The notes under the pieces are model-generated. The model was not told the DNA's origin. It saw nothing but the letters and a program-made list of their open reading frames with translations, and did not search any database. From Candidatus Kaiserbacteria bacterium (lineage in GTDB: Bacteria > Patescibacteriota > Minisyncoccia > Phycocordibacterales > Phycocordibacteraceae): 59,707 bases of DNA. This document shows positions 17,202-26,393 of this stretch, one piece after another (the first letter of the stretch is position 1; every line of letters begins with the position of its first letter). Both the position numbers and the translations under genes were made by a program. The DNA lies in the NCBI GenBank assembly GCA_029288835.1, contig JARIGN010000013.1, positions 1-59,707 of the forward strand, in the 5' to 3' direction.

Positions 17202-18926
17202 CTAACTCCCTGGCGGAAGCACGTAGTAATTAATGAGGAAGTTCGTGAGGTCCATGAAGGTGCCTGTGAGCGTTCCTGAGGCATACTCTACACCTTGCGG
17301 CCTATTCGTATAGAGGAGTATCGCAAACTGCGGGTTATCGGCCGGGAAATAGCCCCAAAACGAGTGGAAAAACGTGTTGTGATAGTAGCCGCCCTGCGGG
17401 TTCACGATCTGCGCAGTACCCGTCTTTGCCGCAACCGGCACGATAGGCATCTGGAGACTCGGATCTGCAGCCATAGCTATCTTTGCATCCGGAGGAAATA
17501 CCGTCACAAGCATTTTGGTTACGGCTGCTGCCGTAGAAGGCTTGAAGACCTGCACCGGCGAGCCATAGGAAATCTTTCGCGTCGTACCATCTTCATACTG
17601 AATAGCCGTGCCCACGTGCGGCGTGACGATGGCACCATTATTGGCGTTTGCCGCAAGCGCGCGAATCATCTCCACGGGCGTCACCGCGATACCTTGTCCA
17701 AAGGCAGCCGTATCATAGTTAACCTCTTCTGCAGTATTCAAGTTTCGGATATTTCCGGCTACTTCTCCCGGGAGGTCAATGCCCGTCTTTTCCCCAAGCC
17801 CGAGCTGCGTGTCATATTTTCGCTGCGTCGCGTGACCCATCTGAATGGCAATATACGCCGCACCCACGTTGAGTGACTGGTCGAGAATCTGAATCATCGG
17901 AATGACACCGCGCGCCTTAAGGTCGAAGTTACACACCGTTGCGCCATTAGGGTGGATACAGCCGGTGTCGTTATAGGTTTCGTCCGGCGTGACCGCACCG
18001 GAATCAATACCTGAGGACATAGTCAGCGACTTCACGATAGAGCCGAACTCATACTCATGCTGTACGATAGGATCCCCGAGGTATTCAGGATTTGCCTGCG
18101 CGACGTTGTTGGGATCAAAGCTCGGGTAGCTTCCCATGGCGATGATCTCGCCCGTCTTAGGGTTCATGATAATGCCGCCCGACTCGGTACTGCCATATTT
18201 CTTAGTGACGGCTGCAAGGTCCTGGTCGAGCCGCTCCTGCACGATTGGTTCGATAGAAGTAACCACATCGCCGTCTTCAGTATTTTGTGCACTGCCAAGA
18301 CTGCTGCCGAGACCGCCAAATATCTGCGCAAAGAAGTTTCCAAAAAGACCTTCGGGCGAACGGTTCAGCACGGTGTTGTAGTACTTTTCAAGACCAGCCT
18401 GCCCAGAAAGCGTACTGCCGCTTCCATAGCCCACGAAGCCAAGCGCCTGCGCTGCTTCGCTTCCGCCAGGATATATACGCCAGCGCTCGGTCTCCACGAG
18501 CACGCCCGGAATATTCATCGCATTAATAGCCTGCCCTACTGGCTGCGAAACATGGTGTGCAAGCACTTCATACGGGTCATTCTTTTTCGCCGCTGACGTA
18601 TAAAAAGTATTGGCATCAAGAGGCATCTGCGAGGAGAGCGCCGCATACACCGTGCTTGGGTCCTTTATCTCTTCCGGGTCGATAGCAATGGTATAGCCTG
18701 TCGCAAGCGTTGCGGCTGAAATCAGCGTGCCGTCCTTAAGTGTGAAATATATCGTGCCGCGGTCATAGAGCTGCTGGCTCGAGCTCACATACTGCTGGTT
18801 TGCCCGGAGCGCATAGCTCGAGCCATGGATGATCTGCACATAGTACAAACGCGCTACGAGAAAGAGTGCGACAAAGACGATGACTCCGGCAATGATCCGT
18901 AACCGTAACCGGAATGAACGTCGCAT
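17202..18926 (-). CDS. ftsI: penicillin-binding protein (FtsI-type transpeptidase)
   Basis: N-terminal TM, SIVK (SxxK), SLN (SxN), KTGTA motifs; position in dcw cluster. Confidence 0.9.
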   Translation of the reverse strand: MRRSFRLRLRIIAGVIVFVALFLVARLYYVQIIHGSSYALRANQQYVSSSQQLYDRGTIYFTLKDGTLISAATLATGYTIAIDPEEIKDPSTVYAALSSQMPLDANTFYTSAAKKNDPYEVLAHHVSQPVGQAINAMNIPGVLVETERWRIYPGGSEAAQALGFVGYGSGSTLSGQAGLEKYYNTVLNRSPEGLFGNFFAQIFGGLGSSLGSAQNTEDGDVVTSIEPIVQERLDQDLAAVTKKYGSTESGGIIMNPKTGEIIAMGSYPSFDPNNVAQANPEYLGDPIVQHEYEFGSIVKSLTMSSGIDSGAVTPDETYNDTGCIHPNGATVCNFDLKARGVIPMIQILDQSLNVGAAYIAIQMGHATQRKYDTQLGLGEKTGIDLPGEVAGNIRNLNTAEEVNYDTAAFGQGIAVTPVEMIRALAANANNGAIVTPHVGTAIQYEDGTTRKISYGSPVQVFKPSTAAAVTKMLVTVFPPDAKIAMAADPSLQMPIVPVAAKTGTAQIVNPQGGYYHNTFFHSFWGYFPADNPQFAILLYTNRPQGVEYASGTLTGTFMDLTNFLINYYVLPPGS

Positions 18927-18956
18927 AACCTCTATACAGTAGCACGAACAGAGGTG

Positions 18957-19259
18957 TTAATTTCGAGCAAAGGTAAGCGTTGCACCAACGTTCTGTGCTG
19001 CAGGAACAAACTGCACGCTTTTTGGTGTGACATAGCCAAGCTGCGTAGGGTTAAGGGTGCTTGCGTGATCCATAGCGCTATAGTATTTCGCCTCGAGGCT
19101 GCCGAGCTGCCCTTCGCTTGCACGTAGTGACTGAGTTGCGGTGGTTTGCCATGACGCAAAGAAAATAGTGAAGCCCACCAAAGCAATGTATGAAAGGGTT
19201 AAGGCACCGCATGAAAAACTAAGGATTGAGACAAGATGGTCACGCATACAAAGGTACAT
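18957..19259 (-). CDS. FtsL-like small membrane protein
   Basis: Single TM (ALTLSYIALVGFTIFFA) then extracytoplasmic tail; located between rsmH and ftsI; start chosen at the ATG at 19259 (the longer track ORF overlaps rsmH). Confidence 0.5.
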   Translation of the reverse strand: MYLCMRDHLVSILSFSCGALTLSYIALVGFTIFFASWQTTATQSLRASEGQLGSLEAKYYSAMDHASTLNPTQLGYVTPKSVQFVPAAQNVGATLTFARN

Positions 19260-20187
19260 TATTGCTAAGGTTCTTAAAGGGCTTGCACTTGAGCGGGCAA
19301 ACTTCGTATACGCGGAGCTTGGCGCTGCGGGCACGAGGGTTTTGGGACACTTCCTGGGCACTCGGCACTATCGGCTTCTTGGTAATAAGGCTTCCATTTC
19401 CCTTCGCTACCTCGTCGCGGAAATGGAGCTTCACGATACGGTCTTCAACACTGTGGAAGGTAATGACGGCAATGCGGCCTCCGGGTGACGTTTTCTTGCA
19501 TGCTGCGGTAAGACCATCGCGAAGTGCACCAAATTCATCATTTACGTAGATGCGGAGCGCTTGGAAGGTCTTGGTCGCAGGGTGCAAGCGGCGATGATGG
19601 TACCAGAACGGGGTTGAAGCTTTAATGACATCGACGAGCTCAAAGGTGGTCTTGATCGGTTGTTTCTTACGCGCTTCGACGATACCGCGCGCAATCTGGC
19701 GCGAAAACTGTTCCTCACCAAGGCCATAGAGCACGTCTGCGAGCTCGGCTTCCGGAAGCGTGTTCACCACTTCTTCTGCGGTCCTGGTAGAGTCGCCATA
19801 GGTCATGATGAGCGGCTCATCGGTCTGGAAGGAAAAGCCTTTGCCACGCGTGAGCTGGTAGCCACTCCAACCAAGGTCGAAAAGCACTTTCGTCACCTTT
19901 TCAATACCACGCATCTCAAGAATCTCTTCAAGATTGCGGAAGTTATCGTGTGCGAGAAACATCGTGGGTGCCTCTTCGGCTGCTTCATAGGCTGCCTGGG
20001 CTCGTGCGATCGCTTCTTCGTCTGCATCTATACCCAGAATCGTTCCGTCATACCCGAGCTTTGCCATGAGAAGGGCGAAGTGCCCTGCCCCGCCGATGGT
20101 GGCATCAACAACCACATCATTTGGAGCGATTTCAAGCGCTTCGATAGCTTCGTGGAGGAGAACTGTCTCGTGGCCGCCGTTTTGCAT
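19240..20187 (-). CDS. rsmH: 16S rRNA (cytosine1402-N4)-methyltransferase
   Basis: HETVLLHEAIEAL...DATIGGAGH...ITFHSVEDRIVK canonical RsmH motifs. Confidence 0.95.
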   Translation of the reverse strand: MQNGGHETVLLHEAIEALEIAPNDVVVDATIGGAGHFALLMAKLGYDGTILGIDADEEAIARAQAAYEAAEEAPTMFLAHDNFRNLEEILEMRGIEKVTKVLFDLGWSGYQLTRGKGFSFQTDEPLIMTYGDSTRTAEEVVNTLPEAELADVLYGLGEEQFSRQIARGIVEARKKQPIKTTFELVDVIKASTPFWYHHRRLHPATKTFQALRIYVNDEFGALRDGLTAACKKTSPGGRIAVITFHSVEDRIVKLHFRDEVAKGNGSLITKKPIVPSAQEVSQNPRARSAKLRVYEVCPLKCKPFKNLSNNVPLYA

Positions 20188-20190
20188 AGG

Positions 20191-20631
20191 CTATGAAGCG
20201 GCTTCCTGTGCTGTACCAAGCTTCTCTGCGAACTCGTCTGCGTCACGCTCGATGTTTTTGGTGTAGGTCTCCCACGCAGCTTCGTCCCAAATCTCAACAC
20301 GTTCTGACACGCCGGCGATAACTGACTTCACCGACAAGTTTGCGAACGTGCGAAGGTAGTCTGGCACGAGGATGCGGCCTGCACTATCAACATCTGCCTC
20401 GGAAGCTCCGGCAAGCATGAGGCGCGCAAGACCTCGGCCTGCTGCGCTCCCGCTCGAGTGCGCCGAAATGCGCACTGCTTCCTTCTTCCACGCCGTCTTC
20501 GGATACACGTACAAGCAGTGGTCGAGGCCGCGTGTGACGATGACCGACGCACCTAATTCCTTGCGAAATTTTGCAGGGAGCGAAATTCGATTTTTCGCAT
20601 CAAAGGTGTGGCGGTATTCTCCGATAAACAT
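20191..20631 (-). CDS. mraZ: transcriptional regulator MraZ
   Basis: MFIGEYRHTFDAKNRISLPAKFR and second SpoVT/AbrB-like half (DSAGRILVPDYLR); start at the internal ATG at 20631. Confidence 0.93.
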   Translation of the reverse strand: MFIGEYRHTFDAKNRISLPAKFRKELGASVIVTRGLDHCLYVYPKTAWKKEAVRISAHSSGSAAGRGLARLMLAGASEADVDSAGRILVPDYLRTFANLSVKSVIAGVSERVEIWDEAAWETYTKNIERDADEFAEKLGTAQEAAS

Positions 20632-20642
20632 TGTAGGTAAGC

Positions 20643-20707
20643 GGTGGGAAGAAGTTCTATGACACTCCATCCCACCTACTCATCAGTATATGACACTTTC
20701 ACCCACC
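20643..20707 (-). promoter_or_regulatory. candidate MraZ operator: repeated GTGGG / AAGTGTCATA boxes
   Basis: Minus strand GGGTGGGTGAAAGTGTCATA (20688-20707) and AGGTGGGATGGAGTGTCATA (20658-20677), 30-nt period, plus an inverted GGTGGG at 20643-20648, all within 80 nt upstream of the mraZ ATG. Confidence 0.45.
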
Positions 20708-20877
20708 CCGGTATGTTATCCCCAGTTTTAACGGCTCAGCTTGTGGCTCTTTTGGTTCATGCTATACTCATTTTTATGAAAGCATTTACCCAGCGCATTT
20801 CTTACGTCATCTTTACAAAGCTGCTCCGTCTCGTCGGGGTTTCCCTTCAGCTTTCTCCAGTCTACGTAAAGAACTAA
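20644..20877 (+). CDS. possible small hydrophobic protein (real start probably internal)
   Basis: ORF divergent from mraZ, followed by a strong + strand terminator (20893-20930); hydrophobic segment LTAQLVALLVHAILIF; TGCTATACT extended -10 inside at ~20761. Confidence 0.25.
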   Translation: MGRSSMTLHPTYSSVYDTFTHPGMLSPVLTAQLVALLVHAILIFMKAFTQRISYVIFTKLLRLVGVSLQLSPVYVKN

Positions 20878-20892
20878 GGAAGAAGAAAATTG

Positions 20893-20930
20893 AAGGAAGG
20901 CCCTGACAAAGTCAGGGCCTTCCTTTTTGC
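20893..20930 (+). terminator. intrinsic terminator
   Basis: GAAGGAAGGCCCTGAC-AAA-GTCAGGGCCTTCCTT + TTTT. Confidence 0.7.
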
Positions 20931-20968
20931 CATGGGGGCAGGAAGAACAGATCTTTAGGGGTAAGGAA

Positions 20969-21412
20969 ATGGATACCCGTGTGCACTATATGATTCTGGA
21001 GCCGAATGGCTTGCAGACTACGCTTCTCACCCTAGCACTTGCAGAAAAGCTTGACGCTGAAGCGGTGGTCTTTGAAGGCCCCGCGGCTCGTGCCCAGCCT
21101 GCGACATTCGCAATTATCTGGGTGGATCGAGAACTCAAGCGGTCACAACGGAAGTATTGTCGGCGCAGGCCGAACTCGCTCTACCGAATTGCCTATGCGC
21201 CCGAGCACCTCGAGAATGCAGGCGGACCCTTGGTGGTTCCTGAGAGCGCACGGCTTGCAATCGCGATCTTTGTGCGATCTCTTTCGCCCATTGAGCTTTC
21301 GACCCGGAAGCAGGAATTTCAGAAGGCAGTAGACCACATGCATCGACGGTGCATTTCGGTCGCTCGACGTCAGATCGTTTCCTGCTTCGTACCTCAATCA
21401 TTAGCGGCCTAA
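20969..21412 (+). CDS. hypothetical protein, 147 aa
   Basis: ATG at 20969 preceded by GGTAAGGAA; followed by terminator; no motif recognised. Confidence 0.5.
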   Translation: MDTRVHYMILEPNGLQTTLLTLALAEKLDAEAVVFEGPAARAQPATFAIIWVDRELKRSQRKYCRRRPNSLYRIAYAPEHLENAGGPLVVPESARLAIAIFVRSLSPIELSTRKQEFQKAVDHMHRRCISVARRQIVSCFVPQSLAA

Positions 21413-21428
21413 CGGCAACACGTACTTA

Positions 21429-21460
21429 GTTCCTCCTGCAAGGGAGGAACTTTTCTTATT
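21429..21460 (+). terminator. intrinsic terminator
   Basis: GTTCCTCC-TGCAAG-GGAGGAAC + TTTTCTT. Confidence 0.65.
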
Positions 21461-21476
21461 TCCGGTATTGCGTATC

Positions 21477-23117
21477 TTACGTACTCGCCTCCACGAGTCT
21501 TTGGTGCACAAACTCTCGTGGCAGCACCGAAATGAACCAGCCTGCTTTTGGTCCTGAGTCACGGTTAAGGAAAATTTTATAGAGCGCAGCGAAAAGCTCT
21601 TTTGGCTGGATTGGCACTTCGGTCTTCATCTCGTGGAGTCTCGTGTGAATCTCTTCACCGGTGTGCTCGGTCTCCATGTACTGCGCGAGCGAAGCGAGCG
21701 CAGTCTTTTGCACTTCTGAAAGCATCATCTCCGGCATCGTCTCCTGCAGCTCATAGCGGAACTGCTCCGGCGCATACGTGCCGAGCCAGAACTTTGCATA
21801 TGCGGCACGTTCCTCAAGAATCGCCACCTCGTCTTCCGTGAGCGACGAACCTTTCGCTGCAGCAGCTTCCTGGATGAGGTCGAGGTGCGGCATCTGCACG
21901 ATGATAGCTACCTGTGAAAAACGAAACTCCCAGGTGTTCGCGCTTCCGGCAGCACTTCGGGTGGCATCATCAAGCACATTCCCTTCTTCATCCTGGGGCT
22001 TCACCGCGCACAAGCTAAAGAGCCGGGCATAGTCATCTTCTGACGTCTCGCTGCGCACATGCTCACCAAGCTCGTCATACCAGTCATAGGTACGCGGCAC
22101 CGAGTCTCCTTCCGGGTCCACGTCAATCTGCTGGTTGATATCCTTTCCGAGCAACACAAGCCGCAGCACTTCGGGCGGGAAAAGCTCCCCCATATCTTTT
22201 GCGCTTGAGCCCTTCCCTTTTGAGGAAGACATTTTCTTGCCGCCGACAAGGAAGAATTCATACGGCACATCATAGGGAGACTCGCGGCTATAGAGCTCTT
22301 TCGCAATATGGTTTGCCACATCGCGGGCACCACCTTTCGTTGAGTGATCTTTTCCAGCGCCTTCGACATCAACACCGAGCGCTGTCCACTTTGCCCCCCA
22401 CTCCACTTTCCAGGTGAGCTTTGCCGTTCCGCCAAATGGTTCAATACGACCCGTATGCCCACAAGGCTGCGTCCCATCAGGAGCGATATCACATGCATAG
22501 GCAACCGTCTGCCCATCCCAGTCGCTTGCGCGCACCGTCATCATCTTGTTGCAATTCTCACATAGCACAGAAATTGGAAGCCACTTTTCATTCTTAACCG
22601 AACCCGACACTTCCTTATAGATGCGGCGCACCTCATCGCTATGGTTAAGCGCAATGCGAATGTAGTCGTCCATCTTTCCAGAACGATAGAGCTCGGTGGA
22701 GCGATAGTATTCAGGATAAAAGCCTGCCTTCTTATGCACGGAAACAAACTCCGCACCAAAGTATTCTGCAAAGTTTGCATACCCTTCAACCGGCGAAGGC
22801 ACGTCGCATACCACCTTCCCGAGATGCTGTTCAAACTCTTCTTTTGGAAGATAGGGTGGCACTGAATCAAACACATCGAAGTCATTCAGCTCAAAAAGGT
22901 AGCGGTTTGGAATACCTTCCTGGGCGAGTACTTCTGAAATAAGCCCGTGGATAGCAACACCACGCATGGAGCCAATGTGTACGCGGCCCGTGAGGCTTTT
23001 TTCGTCACGCACAATAAGCGGCTTTTCAGAAGCCGTCCCTTTGCTCGCTACCGCGCGCTGTGCCGCCTCGGTCTCTTTAATTTCCCGCACAATGCGGTCT
23101 GCCCAAAACATAGGCAA
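21477..23117 (-). CDS. lysK: lysine--tRNA ligase, class I
   Basis: Class I architecture: HIGSMRG (HIGH-like) and KMSSSKG (KMSKS); no class II motifs. Confidence 0.88.
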   Translation of the reverse strand: MPMFWADRIVREIKETEAAQRAVASKGTASEKPLIVRDEKSLTGRVHIGSMRGVAIHGLISEVLAQEGIPNRYLFELNDFDVFDSVPPYLPKEEFEQHLGKVVCDVPSPVEGYANFAEYFGAEFVSVHKKAGFYPEYYRSTELYRSGKMDDYIRIALNHSDEVRRIYKEVSGSVKNEKWLPISVLCENCNKMMTVRASDWDGQTVAYACDIAPDGTQPCGHTGRIEPFGGTAKLTWKVEWGAKWTALGVDVEGAGKDHSTKGGARDVANHIAKELYSRESPYDVPYEFFLVGGKKMSSSKGKGSSAKDMGELFPPEVLRLVLLGKDINQQIDVDPEGDSVPRTYDWYDELGEHVRSETSEDDYARLFSLCAVKPQDEEGNVLDDATRSAAGSANTWEFRFSQVAIIVQMPHLDLIQEAAAAKGSSLTEDEVAILEERAAYAKFWLGTYAPEQFRYELQETMPEMMLSEVQKTALASLAQYMETEHTGEEIHTRLHEMKTEVPIQPKELFAALYKIFLNRDSGPKAGWFISVLPREFVHQRLVEAST

Positions 23118-23131
23118 ATAGTATCACACCC

Positions 23132-23602
23132 CTAGCTCACCTTCTCAATTGTGTAGGTCTGCTTTCCGTTTGGGGTTTCGAACGTGAAGACCTCCCCCTT
23201 CTTCTTGCCCATCAGTGCAGCACCAAGCGGTGAAAGGTGCGAGAGCTTTCGTGCGCGCATGTCTGCCTCTTCAGAACCGACTATCGTGTACTCATGCAAA
23301 TCAGGACTGGAGTCTTTCTTAATGCAAACAACGGAACCGAAACCAACCACATCCTTTTTCTTTCCATCAGTGACAATCTTTGCACGCTTTACGAGCTCTT
23401 CAAGCTTTCGAATGCGCTCTTCCGTAGCTGCCTGGAGCTCACGTGCTTCTTGGTATTCAGCATTTTCAGAAAGGTCGCCGAGCGAGCGGGCATATTCAAG
23501 ATTCTTCGCAATTTCAGTGCGACGTACGGTCTTCAAGTTCTCGAGCTCTTTGACCATCTCATCAAATTTCTCCTGGCTGACGACAGTCTCTTGTTCAAGC
23601 AT
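23132..23602 (-). CDS. greA: transcription elongation factor GreA
   Basis: Coiled-coil N-domain with EYARSLGDLSENAEYQEA and C-terminal FKBP-like domain. Confidence 0.95.
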   Translation of the reverse strand: MLEQETVVSQEKFDEMVKELENLKTVRRTEIAKNLEYARSLGDLSENAEYQEARELQAATEERIRKLEELVKRAKIVTDGKKKDVVGFGSVVCIKKDSSPDLHEYTIVGSEEADMRARKLSHLSPLGAALMGKKKGEVFTFETPNGKQTYTIEKVS

Positions 23603-23659
23603 TTCTAAAATACTACTTATAAGTTAGAAGTATTGTACGTGCCCACATTTTCCCGTCAA

Positions 23660-25351
23660 CTACTTGAAATAATCCGGTGCAGTTTGGTGTAGCGCTTCGA
23701 GGAACTGGTGCACCACATAGATACCGCCATAAATGTCGCCGGTTGGTCCTTGGTCCATCATCACCACATAGACATACTTCGGATGCTCATAGGGGAAGAA
23801 ACCGACGGCCCATGCATTGAAATACTGGTTGTTGGTTCCTGTTTGTGCAGTACCTGTCTTTCCAGCTACATCCACGAATGAGGAAAGATCGTTGAGGCCC
23901 TGCGACGTTCCGCCGCCAGCAACACCCTCACGCATACCTTCACGCACTACTTCAAGTGCTTGCGGGCTCACATCGAGACTTTCTCCCTGGAGAGGCTGGT
24001 CTTTCAAAAGCGTTGGGGTCACGAGCATGCCACCATTTGCGATTGCAGAGACAGCACGCGCCTCTTCTATTGGCGTGATCTGCGTTGCATATTGGCCGAT
24101 GGCGGTATGGTATGTGTCGCCGAGCGTCCAGGCTTCCTTAAAAGTCTTTTCTTTCCACGCAGGAGTAGGCACAAAGCCGGTTGCTTCGCCCGGAAGCTGG
24201 ATGCCGGTCGGCGAGGTAAGACCATAATTTTTATACCACTGCGCAAGGCGCGTGATGCCCAGACCCTTTTGGTTTCCGTAGCCGCCACCAACCATGTAAA
24301 AGTACACGTCTGAGGAGAATGCAATTGCTTTTCGGAGGTCTTCCACACCAATAGGTTCCCAGTCGACGAATTTTGTTGGGTGCGCAGGATCATAGGGGTT
24401 TGGCACGGTGAGATAGCCCGGGTCATCGATGGTGACGTTTGGCTGGATAGTGCCGTCGGTGAGTGCCCCGCTCGCTTCCAGGGGCTTCACAACCGACCCT
24501 GGCGTGTAGAGGCCTTGGATAGGACGGTTGAGGTACGGCGAGCGGGGGCTGGTCGAGTAGCTGGCAATCACGTCGGCCGGTTGTCCGCTCGCCATAACGT
24601 TTGAGTCAAAAGTGGGATACGAAACAAGCGCAAGCACTTCACCCGTCTGCGCATTCATAAGTATGCCGGCTCCTCCCTTAAACGGCACGCGGTCTGCAAG
24701 CTGCTGCACTGCGGTATAGAGTGCATTCTGCGCACGAGCATCAATAGAGAGCGTAAGGTTAGTACCATTCACCGGCGGCACGCTGCTTCCTTGTGAGAGA
24801 ATTTTTCCACGCGCATTCTGCTCCACGAGAAGCGTGCCGTTTTGGCCGGAGAGTTGCGTGTTAAATGATTTTTCAATACCGGCGAGACCGGTGATGGTTG
24901 TGTCATAGTATTCACCCGAGCTGTCCTTTTTTGGATAGGACACATAGCCAAGCACATTAGAAAGGCTTGGGTAGGTATAGATGCGCTTCACGAAGCCGTC
25001 GAGAGAGGTTTGGTTTGAAACAAGAGCGATACCATTACGGTCCATGATGATGCCGCGCTGCGCAAAGATGACATTGGGGCGAAGAAGGTTTTGCTCACTG
25101 CGCTCCGCATACTGGGTACCCTTCAGTATTTCCAAATGCCCTGCCTGCATCACGAGCATGAATAGGATCAGTGCTGCGACAATACCAAAGCCATAGTAGG
25201 TGCGGCCTGAAAGCGGTTTTTCCAGGCGGCCCTCCAGACTGTTCTGGTTAAAATTAGGAAGGTTTGAGGAATCCAGAAAAATCTCATCGGGAGAGATTTC
25301 ATAGTCACGCACGCGTTTCCTTCGTGAAGAGCCAAACCCAAACAATGCCAT
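23660..25351 (-). CDS. mrdA: penicillin-binding protein 2 (elongasome transpeptidase)
   Basis: SVVK, SSD, KTGTA motifs; follows mreBCD; start ATG 25349-25351 overlaps the mreD stop as TAATG. Confidence 0.9.
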   Translation of the reverse strand: MALFGFGSSRRKRVRDYEISPDEIFLDSSNLPNFNQNSLEGRLEKPLSGRTYYGFGIVAALILFMLVMQAGHLEILKGTQYAERSEQNLLRPNVIFAQRGIIMDRNGIALVSNQTSLDGFVKRIYTYPSLSNVLGYVSYPKKDSSGEYYDTTITGLAGIEKSFNTQLSGQNGTLLVEQNARGKILSQGSSVPPVNGTNLTLSIDARAQNALYTAVQQLADRVPFKGGAGILMNAQTGEVLALVSYPTFDSNVMASGQPADVIASYSTSPRSPYLNRPIQGLYTPGSVVKPLEASGALTDGTIQPNVTIDDPGYLTVPNPYDPAHPTKFVDWEPIGVEDLRKAIAFSSDVYFYMVGGGYGNQKGLGITRLAQWYKNYGLTSPTGIQLPGEATGFVPTPAWKEKTFKEAWTLGDTYHTAIGQYATQITPIEEARAVSAIANGGMLVTPTLLKDQPLQGESLDVSPQALEVVREGMREGVAGGGTSQGLNDLSSFVDVAGKTGTAQTGTNNQYFNAWAVGFFPYEHPKYVYVVMMDQGPTGDIYGGIYVVHQFLEALHQTAPDYFK

Positions 25352-25611
25352 TACGACATAATACGTGTTTTCAGGAATTGATGCACGAATGCTCCTGCTA
25401 CCGCAATGCCACAGCCGAGTATCGTGAAATAGGGAATTCCCGCGTGTCCTGCATAGGAGAGATCGAGGAGGAGACCCGTGAATATGGCGATGGGCGGAAA
25501 GAATACCGCAGCAAGAATACTTAGCATGAGCGTGTATGGCCAAGAGAAAAATAAGGGCGCAATGGATGCGGCGATAGAAAGGAAAATGCTGAGGTATGGG
25601 TTTTTAAACAT
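25351..25611 (-). CDS. mreD: rod shape-determining protein MreD
   Basis: 86-aa polytopic membrane protein between mreC and mrdA; TAATG coupling at both ends. Confidence 0.7.
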   Translation of the reverse strand: MFKNPYLSIFLSIAASIAPLFFSWPYTLMLSILAAVFFPPIAIFTGLLLDLSYAGHAGIPYFTILGCGIAVAGAFVHQFLKTRIMS

Positions 25612-26393
25612 TATGAAGCAATGGTTACCCAGGTGAGCGAAAAGATATTGACGAGCGGCTGGATGTGCAGTGTGTCATTGGGCGAGGAAGGGTCACTATC
25701 TACGCGGGTGACAGTGCCCATAGGAATGGCCCCTGGGCCAGGAATATACACGGTGTCTCCGACGGAAATCGGCGTGTTTTTTGGCAAGGAGGAGGAGAAG
25801 GTTCCTGAGCCAGTGCCAGTGAGTGTGAGGGCGAGACGGTCATTCCCTATCCATCCATTGGTCGTGGTGTTTGGCGTCGAAAGAAGATGAATGGTAGCAG
25901 AATGCGCGGAGGTACTTTCCACGGTGCCAATGGGGACGCCGCCTTGCGCAAACACTTCCGCCCCTTTGCTGATACCGTCCTGCGCGCCCGCTGCCACTAC
26001 GAGCGTGTCATACGGCGAGAGCGGCGGGCGCGCAAGGATACCTGCCACAATTGCACCGCCTGTCTGCGCGGGCTGGCTTCCGAGGAGTTTCGTGAGGTCC
26101 TGCGTACGTGCGGTGAGCACGGCGTTTTCGTTTTCAAGCGTCGTCACCTCGCTGCTCAGCATTTGATTTTGCGCTGCAAGGCTTGAGCCGTGGGTGAGGC
26201 CAGTAAACCAATTTCCCGTTCCGACATCCATAGCAGTACCCGCTTTCCAAAAAGGCGCCGCAAGGGAAATGAACGCATCAGGAAGAAAAATCCTCAAAAG
26301 GAGAAGGATAAAACCAACAGCCAGCACCACCACGACGCCGGCAACATACCCTACCGAGCTCCTATTATGCTTGGGCGAGAATGGCCTCTTCAT
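25611..26393 (-). CDS. mreC: rod shape-determining protein MreC
   Basis: N-terminal TM, coiled coil (LSSEVTTLENENAVLTARTQDL), beta-rich C-domain; start at the internal ATG at 26393. Confidence 0.85.
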   Translation of the reverse strand: MKRPFSPKHNRSSVGYVAGVVVVLAVGFILLLLRIFLPDAFISLAAPFWKAGTAMDVGTGNWFTGLTHGSSLAAQNQMLSSEVTTLENENAVLTARTQDLTKLLGSQPAQTGGAIVAGILARPPLSPYDTLVVAAGAQDGISKGAEVFAQGGVPIGTVESTSAHSATIHLLSTPNTTTNGWIGNDRLALTLTGTGSGTFSSSLPKNTPISVGDTVYIPGPGAIPMGTVTRVDSDPSSPNDTLHIQPLVNIFSLTWVTIAS

